Shown here: in pieces, positions 45,147 to 57,968 of the stretch
Position numbering within the stretch: position 1 is the stretch's first letter
Layout: each line of letters opens with the position of its first letter
Source: a bacterium
GTDB lineage: Bacteria > Myxococcota_A > Bradymonadia > UBA7976 > UBA1532
Length of the DNA: 64,000 nt
Reading direction: 5' to 3'
Assembly (NCBI GenBank): GCA_041389985.1
Contig: JAWKQS010000041.1
Location: 2,074-66,073 of the forward strand
Made by a program: the position numbers and the translations under genes
Notes under the pieces: model-generated
Databases searched by the model: none
Told to the model about the DNA's origin: nothing
The model's input: the letters and a program-made list of their open reading frames with translations, nothing else

Positions 45147-47261
45147 ATGTCTCGCGTGAAGCCCTCGCGTGTCCGCCGGGCGTGTGCCCTGACCGCCGCC
45201 CTCCTCGCCCCCTCCGCGCTCGTCGGCTGCGGCGCCCATGACACCTTCGTCCGCTCCGACGACTCCTCCCTGGGCCGCGTGGTGGTCTATCGCAACGGCA
45301 TCGCCTACTACGAGCGCAAGGCGGAGGCCGCCGACGGCAAGGTCACCCTCACGGTGCCCCAGGACAAGGTGAACGACTTCCTCAAGTCTCTCACGGTGAC
45401 GGAGCTGCGCACCGGCAAGCCGGTGCCGGTGTCGTACCCGACGGCGGGGGCCACGGTGGGCGATCAGGTGCAGATGACCATCCAGGTCCCCCCGGACGTG
45501 GGCCGGGATCTGCAGATCAGCTACATCACCGACTCCCCGGCCTGGAAGCCCAGCTACCGGGTGGTGGTGGACGACGCCGGCAAGGTCAACGTCCAGGGCT
45601 GGGCCATCGTGGACAACACCTCGGGCGAGGACTGGGAGCAGGTGCGGGTGGGGGTGGGCGCCAGCTCGGCCCTGTCGTTCCGCTATGATCTGCGGTCGGT
45701 CATGCATGTGCACCGCGAGACCCTGGGCGGCGAGCAGGCGTTCGCCCACGCCCCGCCCACGGGAGGCGCGACCCACAAGGCCCCCGCCGACGAGGGCCTG
45801 CTGCTGGCGCTGGCCGAGGAGCAGGTACCCCGGCCGGCGGGCCACCCGACGACCATCGTCGCGGGCTCGGACGTGGAGGACGACCTCATGAAGGAGGCCC
45901 CCGCGGCGGTGGGGCGCGAGACCCTCGCGGCGGCGGCCCGGCCCGTGGCGCGCAAGGACGCCGATCAGGCCGTCCCCATGGCCCCCCCTCCCGCGCCGGA
46001 GGATGGCCGCATCCAGGGCCTGGCCAACCGGCTCAAGAGCAGCCGCGAGACGGTGGTGGTGGAGGGCTACGTCCCCGCCGGCGGCGGCCCCGACCAGGGC
46101 CTCGATCAGGCCAACCGCGTCCGCAACCGCCTGGTCGAGCTGGGGGTCGCCCCGGATCGGGTGCAGGTGAGCAGCAAGGGCTTCGTGGCGGGCAAGCAGG
46201 GCGTCGAGCTGCGGGTGGTGAAGAGCGACCAGAAGCCTGACGACGACGGCCAGCCCGTGGGCGAGAGCCACTTCGACTCCGGCGTGCCCATGACCGTCGC
46301 TCGGGGCACGAGCGCCATGGTGGCCGTGATGGACGCCAGCACCGAGGGCGAGGTGGTCTACGTCTACAACCCCGACGCCGATCGCGGGGACGACCGCTAC
46401 GCCTTCCGCGCGGTGCGGTTCAAGAACCCCACCGACTCGACGCTGGAGACGGGCCCCGTCACGGTCTACGGGGCGGCCCGGTTCATCGGCGAGGGCCTCA
46501 CGGATGCCATCCCCCCCCACGCCACGGCCCTCATCCCCTACGCCCTCGACCGGCAGGTGAAGGTGGATCGCACCACCGAGACCCACGATCGGCTGGGCAA
46601 GCTGGTGGAGGTCAAGCGGGGGGTCATGACCGTCGAGGTGCGCCACGTCCGCACGACCACGCTCGAGGTGCACAACCGCAGCCACGCCGCGGCCACCGTC
46701 TTCCTGCGCTACGACCTGCCCGCCGGCTGGACCCTGGGCGAGGCCCCGAAGGTGTACGAGTCCCAGGGGGAGGGCCGCCTGTTCGCCATCGACCTGCCGG
46801 CCGACGCCCGAAAGTCCATCAAGATCGAGGCCTTCACCCCCCTCGACCGGACGGTCGACCTGCGCTCGACCGTGGGCCTCGATCTGGTGCGGGCCTGGCT
46901 CTCCACGAACCCGAGCGACGGCCCGCTGGTGCAAGCGCTGAGCCGCGTGGTCCAGATCCACGACGAGCTGATGGAGGATCACGCCCGCATGCAGGGGCTG
47001 CGCGAGCGCATGGACGAGCTGCGCGCCCGGTCCGCCGAGCTGACCGACCAGATCCAGCGCCTGGCCGGCGCCCGCGGCGGCGAGAGCCTGCGCCAGCAGC
47101 TCGCCGGGCGCCTCGCCGACATGGAGCGGCGCATTCAGGAGGCCACCCTCGAGGTCGTCCAGCTCCAGGAGAAGCAGATGCTGGCCCGCATCCGGTTCCA
47201 GGACGGGGTGGCCGAGCTGAGCATGCCCCGCAGCCCCGGAGCCGTCGCCCAGGGCCGCTGA
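45147..47261 (+). CDS. DUF4139-family lipoprotein with an embedded OmpA-like segment and a C-terminal coiled coil
   Basis: Lipobox LLAPSALVGC. ISYITDSPAWKPSYRVVVDD...VNVQGWAIVDNTSGEDWEQVRVGV is typical of DUF4139. VVVEGYVP...ANRVRNRLVELGVAPDRVQVSSKG is OmpA-like. Confidence 0.65.
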   Translation: MSRVKPSRVRRACALTAALLAPSALVGCGAHDTFVRSDDSSLGRVVVYRNGIAYYERKAEAADGKVTLTVPQDKVNDFLKSLTVTELRTGKPVPVSYPTAGATVGDQVQMTIQVPPDVGRDLQISYITDSPAWKPSYRVVVDDAGKVNVQGWAIVDNTSGEDWEQVRVGVGASSALSFRYDLRSVMHVHRETLGGEQAFAHAPPTGGATHKAPADEGLLLALAEEQVPRPAGHPTTIVAGSDVEDDLMKEAPAAVGRETLAAAARPVARKDADQAVPMAPPPAPEDGRIQGLANRLKSSRETVVVEGYVPAGGGPDQGLDQANRVRNRLVELGVAPDRVQVSSKGFVAGKQGVELRVVKSDQKPDDDGQPVGESHFDSGVPMTVARGTSAMVAVMDASTEGEVVYVYNPDADRGDDRYAFRAVRFKNPTDSTLETGPVTVYGAARFIGEGLTDAIPPHATALIPYALDRQVKVDRTTETHDRLGKLVEVKRGVMTVEVRHVRTTTLEVHNRSHAAATVFLRYDLPAGWTLGEAPKVYESQGEGRLFAIDLPADARKSIKIEAFTPLDRTVDLRSTVGLDLVRAWLSTNPSDGPLVQALSRVVQIHDELMEDHARMQGLRERMDELRARSAELTDQIQRLAGARGGESLRQQLAGRLADMERRIQEATLEVVQLQEKQMLARIRFQDGVAELSMPRSPGAVAQGR

Positions 47262-47281
47262 GCCTGCTACATTCCCCCGCC

Positions 47282-47713
47282 ATGGACGCACGGACCTTCG
47301 AGCGGGAGCTCTCCCGCCTGCGCGAGTCGGCCCTGAAGGACCGGGGCAACCCGGAGTGCTTCGAGTCGACCGGCTGCGAGAACTGCAGCCGCTGCCTCTT
47401 CTGCACCGACTGCCGCGACTGCCATGGCTGCACGTACGCCGTGGACTGCGTCGGCTGCACGGCGCTGACCCACGCCCAGCGCTGCACCGCCTGCCACAAG
47501 GGCACGCACCTGGTGAGCTGCACCCGCTGCGTCGACAGCCGCTACCTGGAAGACTGCGTCGACTGCGCCGCGTGCACCTACTGCTACGGCTGCGTCGGCC
47601 TGGTCGGCAAGGAGTTCCACCTGCTCAACCAGCCCTACGACCGCAAGACGTGGTTCAAGCTGGTCAAGGCGCTGCGCGCCGAGCGCGCCGGTCAGCCCCG
47701 CACGCCCAGGTAG
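47282..47713 (+). CDS. small cytoplasmic protein with 21 cysteines in CxxC arrays (hypothetical)
   Basis: 143 aa. Cys at 3-residue spacing (C32-C50, C92-C104) plus isolated CxxC pairs. No signal peptide. Confidence 0.55.
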   Translation: MDARTFERELSRLRESALKDRGNPECFESTGCENCSRCLFCTDCRDCHGCTYAVDCVGCTALTHAQRCTACHKGTHLVSCTRCVDSRYLEDCVDCAACTYCYGCVGLVGKEFHLLNQPYDRKTWFKLVKALRAERAGQPRTPR

Positions 47714-48417
47714 TAGCCCAGGCCCAGGGTCCCGAGGGACGGGAACTTCTGCTTGAGGATCTCGGTGAGGTCGCCCTGGGGCGTGATGTTGAGCAGCGTC
47801 TCGTGCAGCAGGCCCGCGAACTGGCCCCAGTTCACCTCCAGCAGCCCTTGCCAGGCCATGTACTGCATCCCGCCGATGACCAGGATGCCGACCACGATGC
47901 CGATCTTGAGCACCATGCGCGAGGCGAGCCCCAGGCCGATGCCCAGCAGGAGCAGCAGGCCCCCCTCGCTCAGGTAGGGCAGCACCGACTGCATCAGCTT
48001 CGCGCTCTGGACCTTCTCGGCCGCCTTCGCGATCTCGCCCTGGAGGGTCGGCTCGTCCATCTGGACCGCGGGATCCTCCATGTTCAGCAGGTTCTCGGCC
48101 CGGGCGCGCCGCAGGCTGAGATCGAGGCCGCGCTGGATGGAGCCGAGGCGGGGGGGCGGGTCACCCTCGGCGCCGTCGGGGATGGCCTCGCCGTCCTCGG
48201 GCACCGGCGCGTCGAAGCGCACGGAGGACAGCAGGCGATCGCGGTAGGTCTTGATGTTGTCCGCGCGCTGGGCCAGGGCGTGCTGGTCGATGAGGCCCTG
48301 GGCCATGAGGTAGCGCGCCACGGCAGAGCCGACCATCACGGTCCAGGCGAGGGCCGCGATGGAGATCACCAGCGGGCGGGACAGGAATGGGACGAGCTTC
48401 TTGTTGCCGTCGCTCAC
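47692..48417 (-). CDS. hypothetical membrane protein
   Basis: N-terminal TM helix (PLVISIAALAWTVMVGSAV) and C-terminal TM helices (LLLLLGIGLGL, IGIVVGILVIGG). 13-nt gap after the upstream SDR gene. Confidence 0.55.
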   Translation of the reverse strand: MSDGNKKLVPFLSRPLVISIAALAWTVMVGSAVARYLMAQGLIDQHALAQRADNIKTYRDRLLSSVRFDAPVPEDGEAIPDGAEGDPPPRLGSIQRGLDLSLRRARAENLLNMEDPAVQMDEPTLQGEIAKAAEKVQSAKLMQSVLPYLSEGGLLLLLGIGLGLASRMVLKIGIVVGILVIGGMQYMAWQGLLEVNWGQFAGLLHETLLNITPQGDLTEILKQKFPSLGTLGLGYYLGVRG

Positions 48418-48430
48418 GGCACCTCCCGGG

Positions 48431-49408
48431 TCAGAGCAGGCCCTCGGCTTTGAGCCAGGCCCACGTGTCTTCGAGCATCTCGCGGAGCGGCACCGGGCGG
48501 TACCCCAGGTCGCGTTCGGCCCGATCCGATGATATCCGCACCGACTTCTGCAAGGCCCCCAGGTGATCGGGGGTGAGGCTGGGCTCCTGGCGGCTCAGGC
48601 TCGCGCGCAGGACGGCCAGGCGGGCTCGCAGGCGCAGGCGCCAGGGCTTCGTCGGCCGGCCGGGGACCTCGCGGTCGGTGACCTGCCCGATGAGGCGGAC
48701 CACCTCGGTGAACGGGGCGTCGGCGCCGCCGAGCAGCCAGGTGTCGCGGGCGCCGCGCTCGGCGGCGGCGATGTGGGCGCGGGCGACGGCGGCGGCATGG
48801 CAGAAGGTGGCCTCCCCCGCCGGCACCCACGGCCACCGGCCGCGGTGGACGTCGCGCATCATCCCGGCGAAGCCCCCCCGATCGTAGCGGCCGATCAAGT
48901 AGCCGGGCTGCAGGATGCAGGTGGGGAAGCGGGCGTGGCCGGCCTGGCGCACGGCCCGCTCGGCCTCGGCCTTCGTGCGCTCGAAGAAGCGGGGCGAGAA
49001 GCGGCCGCGCTGGGGCGTATCCTCGCGGATTTCTTCGGTTTGCAGGCCGTAGGCGCTGAAGCTGGAGGTGTAGACGAAGGCCTTCGCCCGCCGGCGCTGG
49101 GCGGCCTCGAGGACGCGCCAGGTGCCCTCGACGTTGGTGCGCCACTGGCGCTGGCGGCGGGCGCGCCAGGCGGTCAGATCGGCGGCGGTGTGGACGACGG
49201 CGTCCACGTCCGGGGGGATGGCGGCCAGCAGGGAGCGCGCGTCGAGGACGTCGCCGACGACGGTGCGGGCGGGGAAGCGCCGCAGCCACGATGTGCTGGA
49301 CGTGTGGCGGTGCAGAGCGACGACCTGCCAGCCGGCCGCGCAGAGCTGCTCGACGAGGTTGACACCGAGGAAGCCGGAGGCGCCGGTGACGAACGCGGTC
49401 CTGGACAC
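48431..49408 (-). CDS. NAD(P)-dependent epimerase/dehydratase (extended SDR)
   Basis: A Rossmann-fold motif VTGASGFLG at the N-terminus, and about 325 aa, typical of extended SDRs. Confidence 0.85.
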   Translation of the reverse strand: MSRTAFVTGASGFLGVNLVEQLCAAGWQVVALHRHTSSTSWLRRFPARTVVGDVLDARSLLAAIPPDVDAVVHTAADLTAWRARRQRQWRTNVEGTWRVLEAAQRRRAKAFVYTSSFSAYGLQTEEIREDTPQRGRFSPRFFERTKAEAERAVRQAGHARFPTCILQPGYLIGRYDRGGFAGMMRDVHRGRWPWVPAGEATFCHAAAVARAHIAAAERGARDTWLLGGADAPFTEVVRLIGQVTDREVPGRPTKPWRLRLRARLAVLRASLSRQEPSLTPDHLGALQKSVRISSDRAERDLGYRPVPLREMLEDTWAWLKAEGLL

Positions 49409-49511
49409 GGGGAGCCATGGGGGAAGTGGTCGCGGCGCCTAGCAGACTCCCCGCGCCCGGCGGCGTCAACCTCGCTTGCAAGTGGAGCCACGGCGTGCCA
49501 GCGTACCGCCC

Positions 49512-50023
49512 ATGCGCACCTGCATCCCCTGTCTGGCCCTCCTGATGGCGCTGCCCCTGGCGGGCTGCGGAGACGAAACCACGGACGACCTGGCCGCCGA
49601 GCCGGGCTTCCTCCACCAGGCGCTGGGCCTGGGGGTGTCGGTGGTCAGCCCCAACGGGCTGGGGACGATGACGCCCACCACCCCGGGCCTGGGGCCCAGG
49701 CGGGGACGCCCGACGGCATCGGCCGTGGCCCCGGTGAGGGGGAGGCCGGACCGGTAGGCGCCGGGTGCCCGGAGGTCTGCGCCCGCCTGGTGGAGTGCGA
49801 GCTGGATGACGACTCTCGGTGCGTCCAGCAGTGCGAGGGCATCCGCCAGCAGCTCGGTGGGCAGGCCCAGGCGGTCATCGACTGCGTGCTGAACTCGCGC
49901 TGCAACCGCATCCAGGCCTGCATCCAGGACCTGGACATCAGCGATCCCAGCGAGGCCGCGGCGCCCGCCGTGGGGTCGAGCACGCCGCGCGCCACGTCGC
50001 CCGCGCCCGCGGACGGCATCTGA
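49512..50023 (+). pseudogene. small Cys-rich lipoprotein, apparent frameshift near 49690-49760
   Basis: MRTCIPCLALLMALPLAGC lipobox is in frame 0. The C-part CPEVCARLVECELDDDSRCVQQCEGIRQQL...CVLNSRCNRIQACIQDL is in frame 2. Confidence 0.45.
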
Positions 50024-50069
50024 AGCCAACTCTCTGATCCTCAAGCTGATTTCGACACCGGAGTAGCTG

Positions 50070-50672
50070 ATGCGTACCTCGATCTTCGTCGCCCTCGGGC
50101 TCCTCGTCCTCGCCGGCACGGCCCAGGCCCAGCCCGTCCGCCTCGCGGATCGGGCCGCGCTCCAGTTCAACCTGGGCGGCATCTTCACCAGCGCCCCCTC
50201 GGCCTTCGACGGGGTCGGCGTCGGGGGCCGCTGGTCCCTGGACGAGAACATGGCCCTGCGCGGCGCGGTGGGGCTGAACCTCTCGACGGTCACCACCGAC
50301 ACCAAGAGCGGCGGTTTCTCCTCCGACTCCGAGGACAAGACCGACGCCTACGCCATCGAGGGCGGCGTCGAGGTGGTGCTGGCCAAGGCGAAGTCGGCGT
50401 ACCTGTACACCGGCGGCCTCCTCCAGCTGGGGTATGGGTCCACCGACCCCGACGGCGATGACAACGACGGCTCCACCACCTCGCTGACCCTGGCCGGCAT
50501 GCTGGGCGCGGGCTACTTCATCATGGATGGCTTGACGCTGGGCGCCGAGTACCGCCTGGGCATCAGCAGCGTCACCGAGACCCAGGAGCGCGGGAACAAC
50601 TCCGAGACCGAGCGCTCGACGCTGGTCATCGGCGTGGGCACCGTGGGCTTCCACCTGGGCTTCTGGTTCTAG
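50070..50672 (+). CDS. outer-membrane beta-barrel protein (OMP_b-brl-like)
   Basis: Signal peptide MRTSIFVALGLLVLAGTAQA, alternating strands, C-terminal ...GFHLGFWF. Confidence 0.65.
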   Translation: MRTSIFVALGLLVLAGTAQAQPVRLADRAALQFNLGGIFTSAPSAFDGVGVGGRWSLDENMALRGAVGLNLSTVTTDTKSGGFSSDSEDKTDAYAIEGGVEVVLAKAKSAYLYTGGLLQLGYGSTDPDGDDNDGSTTSLTLAGMLGAGYFIMDGLTLGAEYRLGISSVTETQERGNNSETERSTLVIGVGTVGFHLGFWF

Positions 50673-50735
50673 GCTCCGCCAGCAGGCACGGGCATTGCTC
50701 CTTCAGGCCCCCGAACCCTGAAGGAGGAGTGCCCC

Positions 50736-51911
50736 ATGCTTCGCTCTCTGCTGATCCTCGCCGCCGCGACCACCGCCACCACCGGCTGCATCGAGCTGGG
50801 CTCGTCGGGTGGTGACACCGAGCCGGCCGGCAACGGCCCCATCCAGGCCCCCCTGGCGGGCGATCTCGATGTGCCCGCCGACGCCACCGGGTGTGAACGG
50901 CCGGTCGCATCGACGCTCTACCGGTACACATGGTCGGACGCGGGGCGGCTGACCGCCGCCGTGCAGGCCGACGGGGCCGACACCCCGCTGGTGCAGCACG
51001 CCTTCGACTACGACGAGGGCGGCCGGCTCGTGCGCTGGACGTCGGCGACCGCCGACGGCGAGAAGGTGCGGACGCTGGAGCGCGACGCCGAAGGCACGCT
51101 GACGGCGTGGGGGATCGAGCCGGGCGGCCTGCGGGTCACCATCGAGCGCGGCGAGGGCGAGGTGGTGCTGGAGGCCACCGGCGAGCTCTACCTGGAGCTG
51201 GACGACACGCTGCCGCCGGGGGTGACCCTGGCGGCGCTGGCGCCCGACTGGGTCGCGGCCGAGCCCGAGATCCTGGCGGCGGTGGCGCTCCTGGTGGCGT
51301 CGTCCCAGAGCGACGACGCTCTCGCCCAGGCCCTGACCGAGAGCCACCTGCGGCAGGTGCAGCTCCTCGACGCGGCGGGCCGGCCGACGCGGCTGGGCCT
51401 CGACGTGAACGGCGACGGGGTGGATGACTTCGTGAAGACGTGGACCCGCGAGGACGCGACCGAGACGCTGGCGATCGACGAGGACGGCGACGGCCAGGCG
51501 GACCACCGGGTGGTCTCGGCGCTGGGCGCCGACGGCCTTCCGGTGGTCGAGGAGTCCTTCGACGGCGAGAAGCTGGCCCGCCGGGTGACCTACGATCGGG
51601 CGGCCGATCACCTCTTCGAGGATCAGGACGACGAGGGGGATGGCACCGTGGATCTGCGCTCCACCCTCTTCTTCAACGCCCGCGGCAACCGCGTCCTGAA
51701 GTACGACGATCGCAAGGCCGACGGCCGCCCGGAGTGGCGCAAGCGCTACATCTACGATGAGGCGACCGGCCTGCGCGCCTTCGACGAGAAGGACGAGAAC
51801 GCGGATGGCCAGATCGACGAGCGGTGGGAGTACCGCTACGACGCCGCCGGCCGTGTGATCGAGGAGCGCATCTCGAACCCGGCCCCGGGCCAGTGCGGCG
51901 CTCGCTGGTAG
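50736..51911 (+). CDS. lipoprotein with YD/RHS-like repeats and DxDxDG calcium-binding-like motifs
   Basis: Lipobox AATTATTGC. YRYTWSDAGRL, FDYDEGGRLVRW and YRYDAAGRVIEE are YD-like. DVNGDGVDD, DEDGDGQAD and DENADGQID are the DxDxDG-like motifs. Confidence 0.6.
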   Translation: MLRSLLILAAATTATTGCIELGSSGGDTEPAGNGPIQAPLAGDLDVPADATGCERPVASTLYRYTWSDAGRLTAAVQADGADTPLVQHAFDYDEGGRLVRWTSATADGEKVRTLERDAEGTLTAWGIEPGGLRVTIERGEGEVVLEATGELYLELDDTLPPGVTLAALAPDWVAAEPEILAAVALLVASSQSDDALAQALTESHLRQVQLLDAAGRPTRLGLDVNGDGVDDFVKTWTREDATETLAIDEDGDGQADHRVVSALGADGLPVVEESFDGEKLARRVTYDRAADHLFEDQDDEGDGTVDLRSTLFFNARGNRVLKYDDRKADGRPEWRKRYIYDEATGLRAFDEKDENADGQIDERWEYRYDAAGRVIEERISNPAPGQCGARW

Positions 51912-52036
51912 GACGCAGGGCTTCTCGTTCAAAACCTACTGAATTCAACGGGTTGTACCGCTTGAAGGCGCTCCCGTGGGCGGGCAGCCCGCGGTGCCTC
52001 GACTCTCGCACCGGCGTGCGGGAGACTGGGCCCGCC

Positions 52037-52441
52037 ATGACCACTGATCTACGCCTCGCCGAGTTCGCCCGTCCCCACAGCGACCTGCGCCGTCGCCTCG
52101 TCCAGGCCATCCTGCGCGGCGAGAAGACCTCGACGTCCAGCTTGCTGAGCGAGTACGGCCCGGACGACCCCCTCCCGGAGGTGGGCGAGCGCTTCGTGCT
52201 GATCGACGAGCTGGATCAGACCGTGGGGATCATCGAGGTCACCGAGGTGCGCGTCGTCCCGCTCGGCGAGGTGGATCTGCCCTTCGCCCGCGACGAGGGC
52301 GAGGGCTTCACGTCGGTCGCGGCCTGGCGCGCGGCCCATGAAGCGTTCTGGTGCGAGGCGGGGGCGGGCCTGCCCGACGACACGGCGATCGTCTGCGAGC
52401 GCTTCCGGCTGGTGGAAGGGCGAGCACCGACCGGGGCGTGA
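52037..52441 (+). CDS. ASCH-domain protein
   Basis: ATG 52037. AILRGEKTSTSSL...ERFVLIDELDQTVGIIEVTEVRVVPLGEV...ARDEGEGF matches the ASCH beta-barrel pattern. Confidence 0.65.
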   Translation: MTTDLRLAEFARPHSDLRRRLVQAILRGEKTSTSSLLSEYGPDDPLPEVGERFVLIDELDQTVGIIEVTEVRVVPLGEVDLPFARDEGEGFTSVAAWRAAHEAFWCEAGAGLPDDTAIVCERFRLVEGRAPTGA

Positions 52442-52535
52442 GCGACGGCGACGCCCCGTCGCCCGACCTGGCGCGGACTTGAAGCCCTCGGGGCACTCAT
52501 GCGACCGTCCGGCCGGGGGGGTGGACGGGGGTTGA

Positions 52536-54311
52536 ATGAGGCGGTTGCTGGTCCTGGGCGTCCTCGCGTCCGGGTGCATCGAGCTGGAAGATCAGTGTGG
52601 GCCCTCCCAGGCCTGTCCGACGGGGCGCCTGTGCGTCGAGGGGGTCTGCGCACCGGGCGCGGCCCCGGACGCGGCGCTCTTCGGCGATGGCGGTGACACG
52701 GGGGGGCGGCTCGACGCGGCGCCGGTCGTGGACGCCGCCCCGGATCGGGGCGCGGTGGATCGGGGGGGGATCGCGGATGTGGCCTTCCCGGAGGACGCAG
52801 CCGTGCGGGACGTGGGCGCCGCGGATGCGGGGGCGCGCGACGCGGCGGCGGAGGACGCGGTCGTCCTCCCCGACGTCAGCGTGGTGGACGCCGCCTTGGC
52901 CTGCGTCCCGACGGTCGAGCGCGATCTGCCGGATCCCGACGGCGCCGACACCGACTGCGATGGGCTGGACGGGGCGATCGATCGTGCCCTGTTCGTCTCG
53001 CCCCGGGGCAGCGACGCCGACGGCGACGGCTCGCCCGAGCGCCCCTTTCAGTCCATCGGGCGCGCGCTGAGCGTGCAGGATCCCGATCGGACCGAGATCT
53101 ACCTGGACGGTGGCCTGTATCGGGAGGCGTCGACCCTGCTGCTGGGTGACCGGTCGCTCTACGGCGGGTACCGGTGGGTGGACGAGGGCTGGTCCCGACC
53201 CGGCGGCGCCGGATCCCGGATCGAGGTGGGTCATCCCCACGCGGTGCGCATCGTCGCGCCCGCCGTGCCGGTCGTCATCGACGCCGTGGAGTTGCAGTCG
53301 GCTGCCGGCCGGCTCGGGGGGGCGGGCTTCTCCGAGCTGTCGTCCATCGTGGTCTCGGTGGTGCGCGCGGATGCGCTCGTGACGCTGCGGGATGTGGCGC
53401 TGCGGGCCGGCTCCGGCGCCGCGGGCCTGGCCGGGGGCAACAGCCCCGACGGGGCCCTCGGCGGGCGCGATGGCCAGGCGGGGGCCCTGGGCGGCCTGGG
53501 GGGCGGGCACGTCCCGCGCGAGGCGGCCCCGTGCGACACCCCCGGGGGCGATGGCGGTGCCCTGCTGGGCGACGGCGAGGCCGGGGTCTGCGCCCCGAAT
53601 GGCTGCCGGCCGGCCCAGGGGGGGACGATCCTCGACGCGAACGGCCAGGCCGGCGAGCCCGGGGCGGACTCCCCCGACGGGGCGGCGGGCGGCGAAGCGG
53701 GCCGCCTGGATGCCAACCGCGGCTGGCAGCCGATCTTCGGGGGCTCGGCCTCGCGGGGGGGCCCTGGCGGCGGCGGCGGTGGTGGCGCTGGCTCGGCCGT
53801 CGGGCGCGGCGGCGGGGGCGGATCCGGGGCCTGCGGCGGCCCCCGGGCCCGCCGGCCTGGGCGGCGGGGCCTCGGCGGGGCTGGCGCTGGCCGGTGGCCG
53901 GGTGCGCCTGGAAGGCGATGTGCTCATCGAGACGTCCGCCGGGGGCGCCGGGGGCGACAGCGGACGCCCGGCCACGGGGGCGTGGGCGGGCGCGGGGGCG
54001 CCGGCGAGGGCGGCGCGGGCCGGGCGGCGATGGCGGGCCCGGCGGCTGCGGCGGCCATGGGGGCGCGGGCGCCGGTGGCCCGAGCGTCACCATCTTCGAG
54101 CTGGTGCCGGGATCGAGCGCCCTCGAGCTGGGCAACCCCGAGGCGCTGCGGCTGCTGCCGGGCGCCGGGGGCGAGCCCGGACGCTTCACGCCCAACGCGC
54201 GCTGCCCGGATGCCCAGTCGCGGGCCCGGGCGGGGGTGCGGGGCAACCATGTGTGCTGTGCGCGGGGATCAGGGCGGTGACTGTGTGTCACCGTCGCCCT
54301 GTGGGTCGTAG
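52536..54311 (+). pseudogene. lipoprotein with a DUF1565/pectate-lyase-like N-region and a Gly-rich C-region; several frame changes after about 53760
   Basis: Lipobox LGVLASGC, then ALFVSPRGSDADGDGSPERPFQSIGRAL. Coding-looking C-terminal pieces lie in other frames (GLALAGGRVRLEGDVLIETSAGGAGGDSG; GGPSVTIFELVPGSSALELGNPEALRLLPGAGGEPG). Confidence 0.5.
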
Positions 54312-54321
54312 CGGGGAGACG

Positions 54322-57863
<3,542 letters not shown>

Positions 57864-57968
57864 CGAGGCAGGCTCGGGGCTGACACACTGCTACGCGGGC
57901 CAGTCGGGAGACTCATCGAGAGAGAGCGCTGGCGCCTTGAGGAACTGGGCACCCCTCGGAGACGCGAC

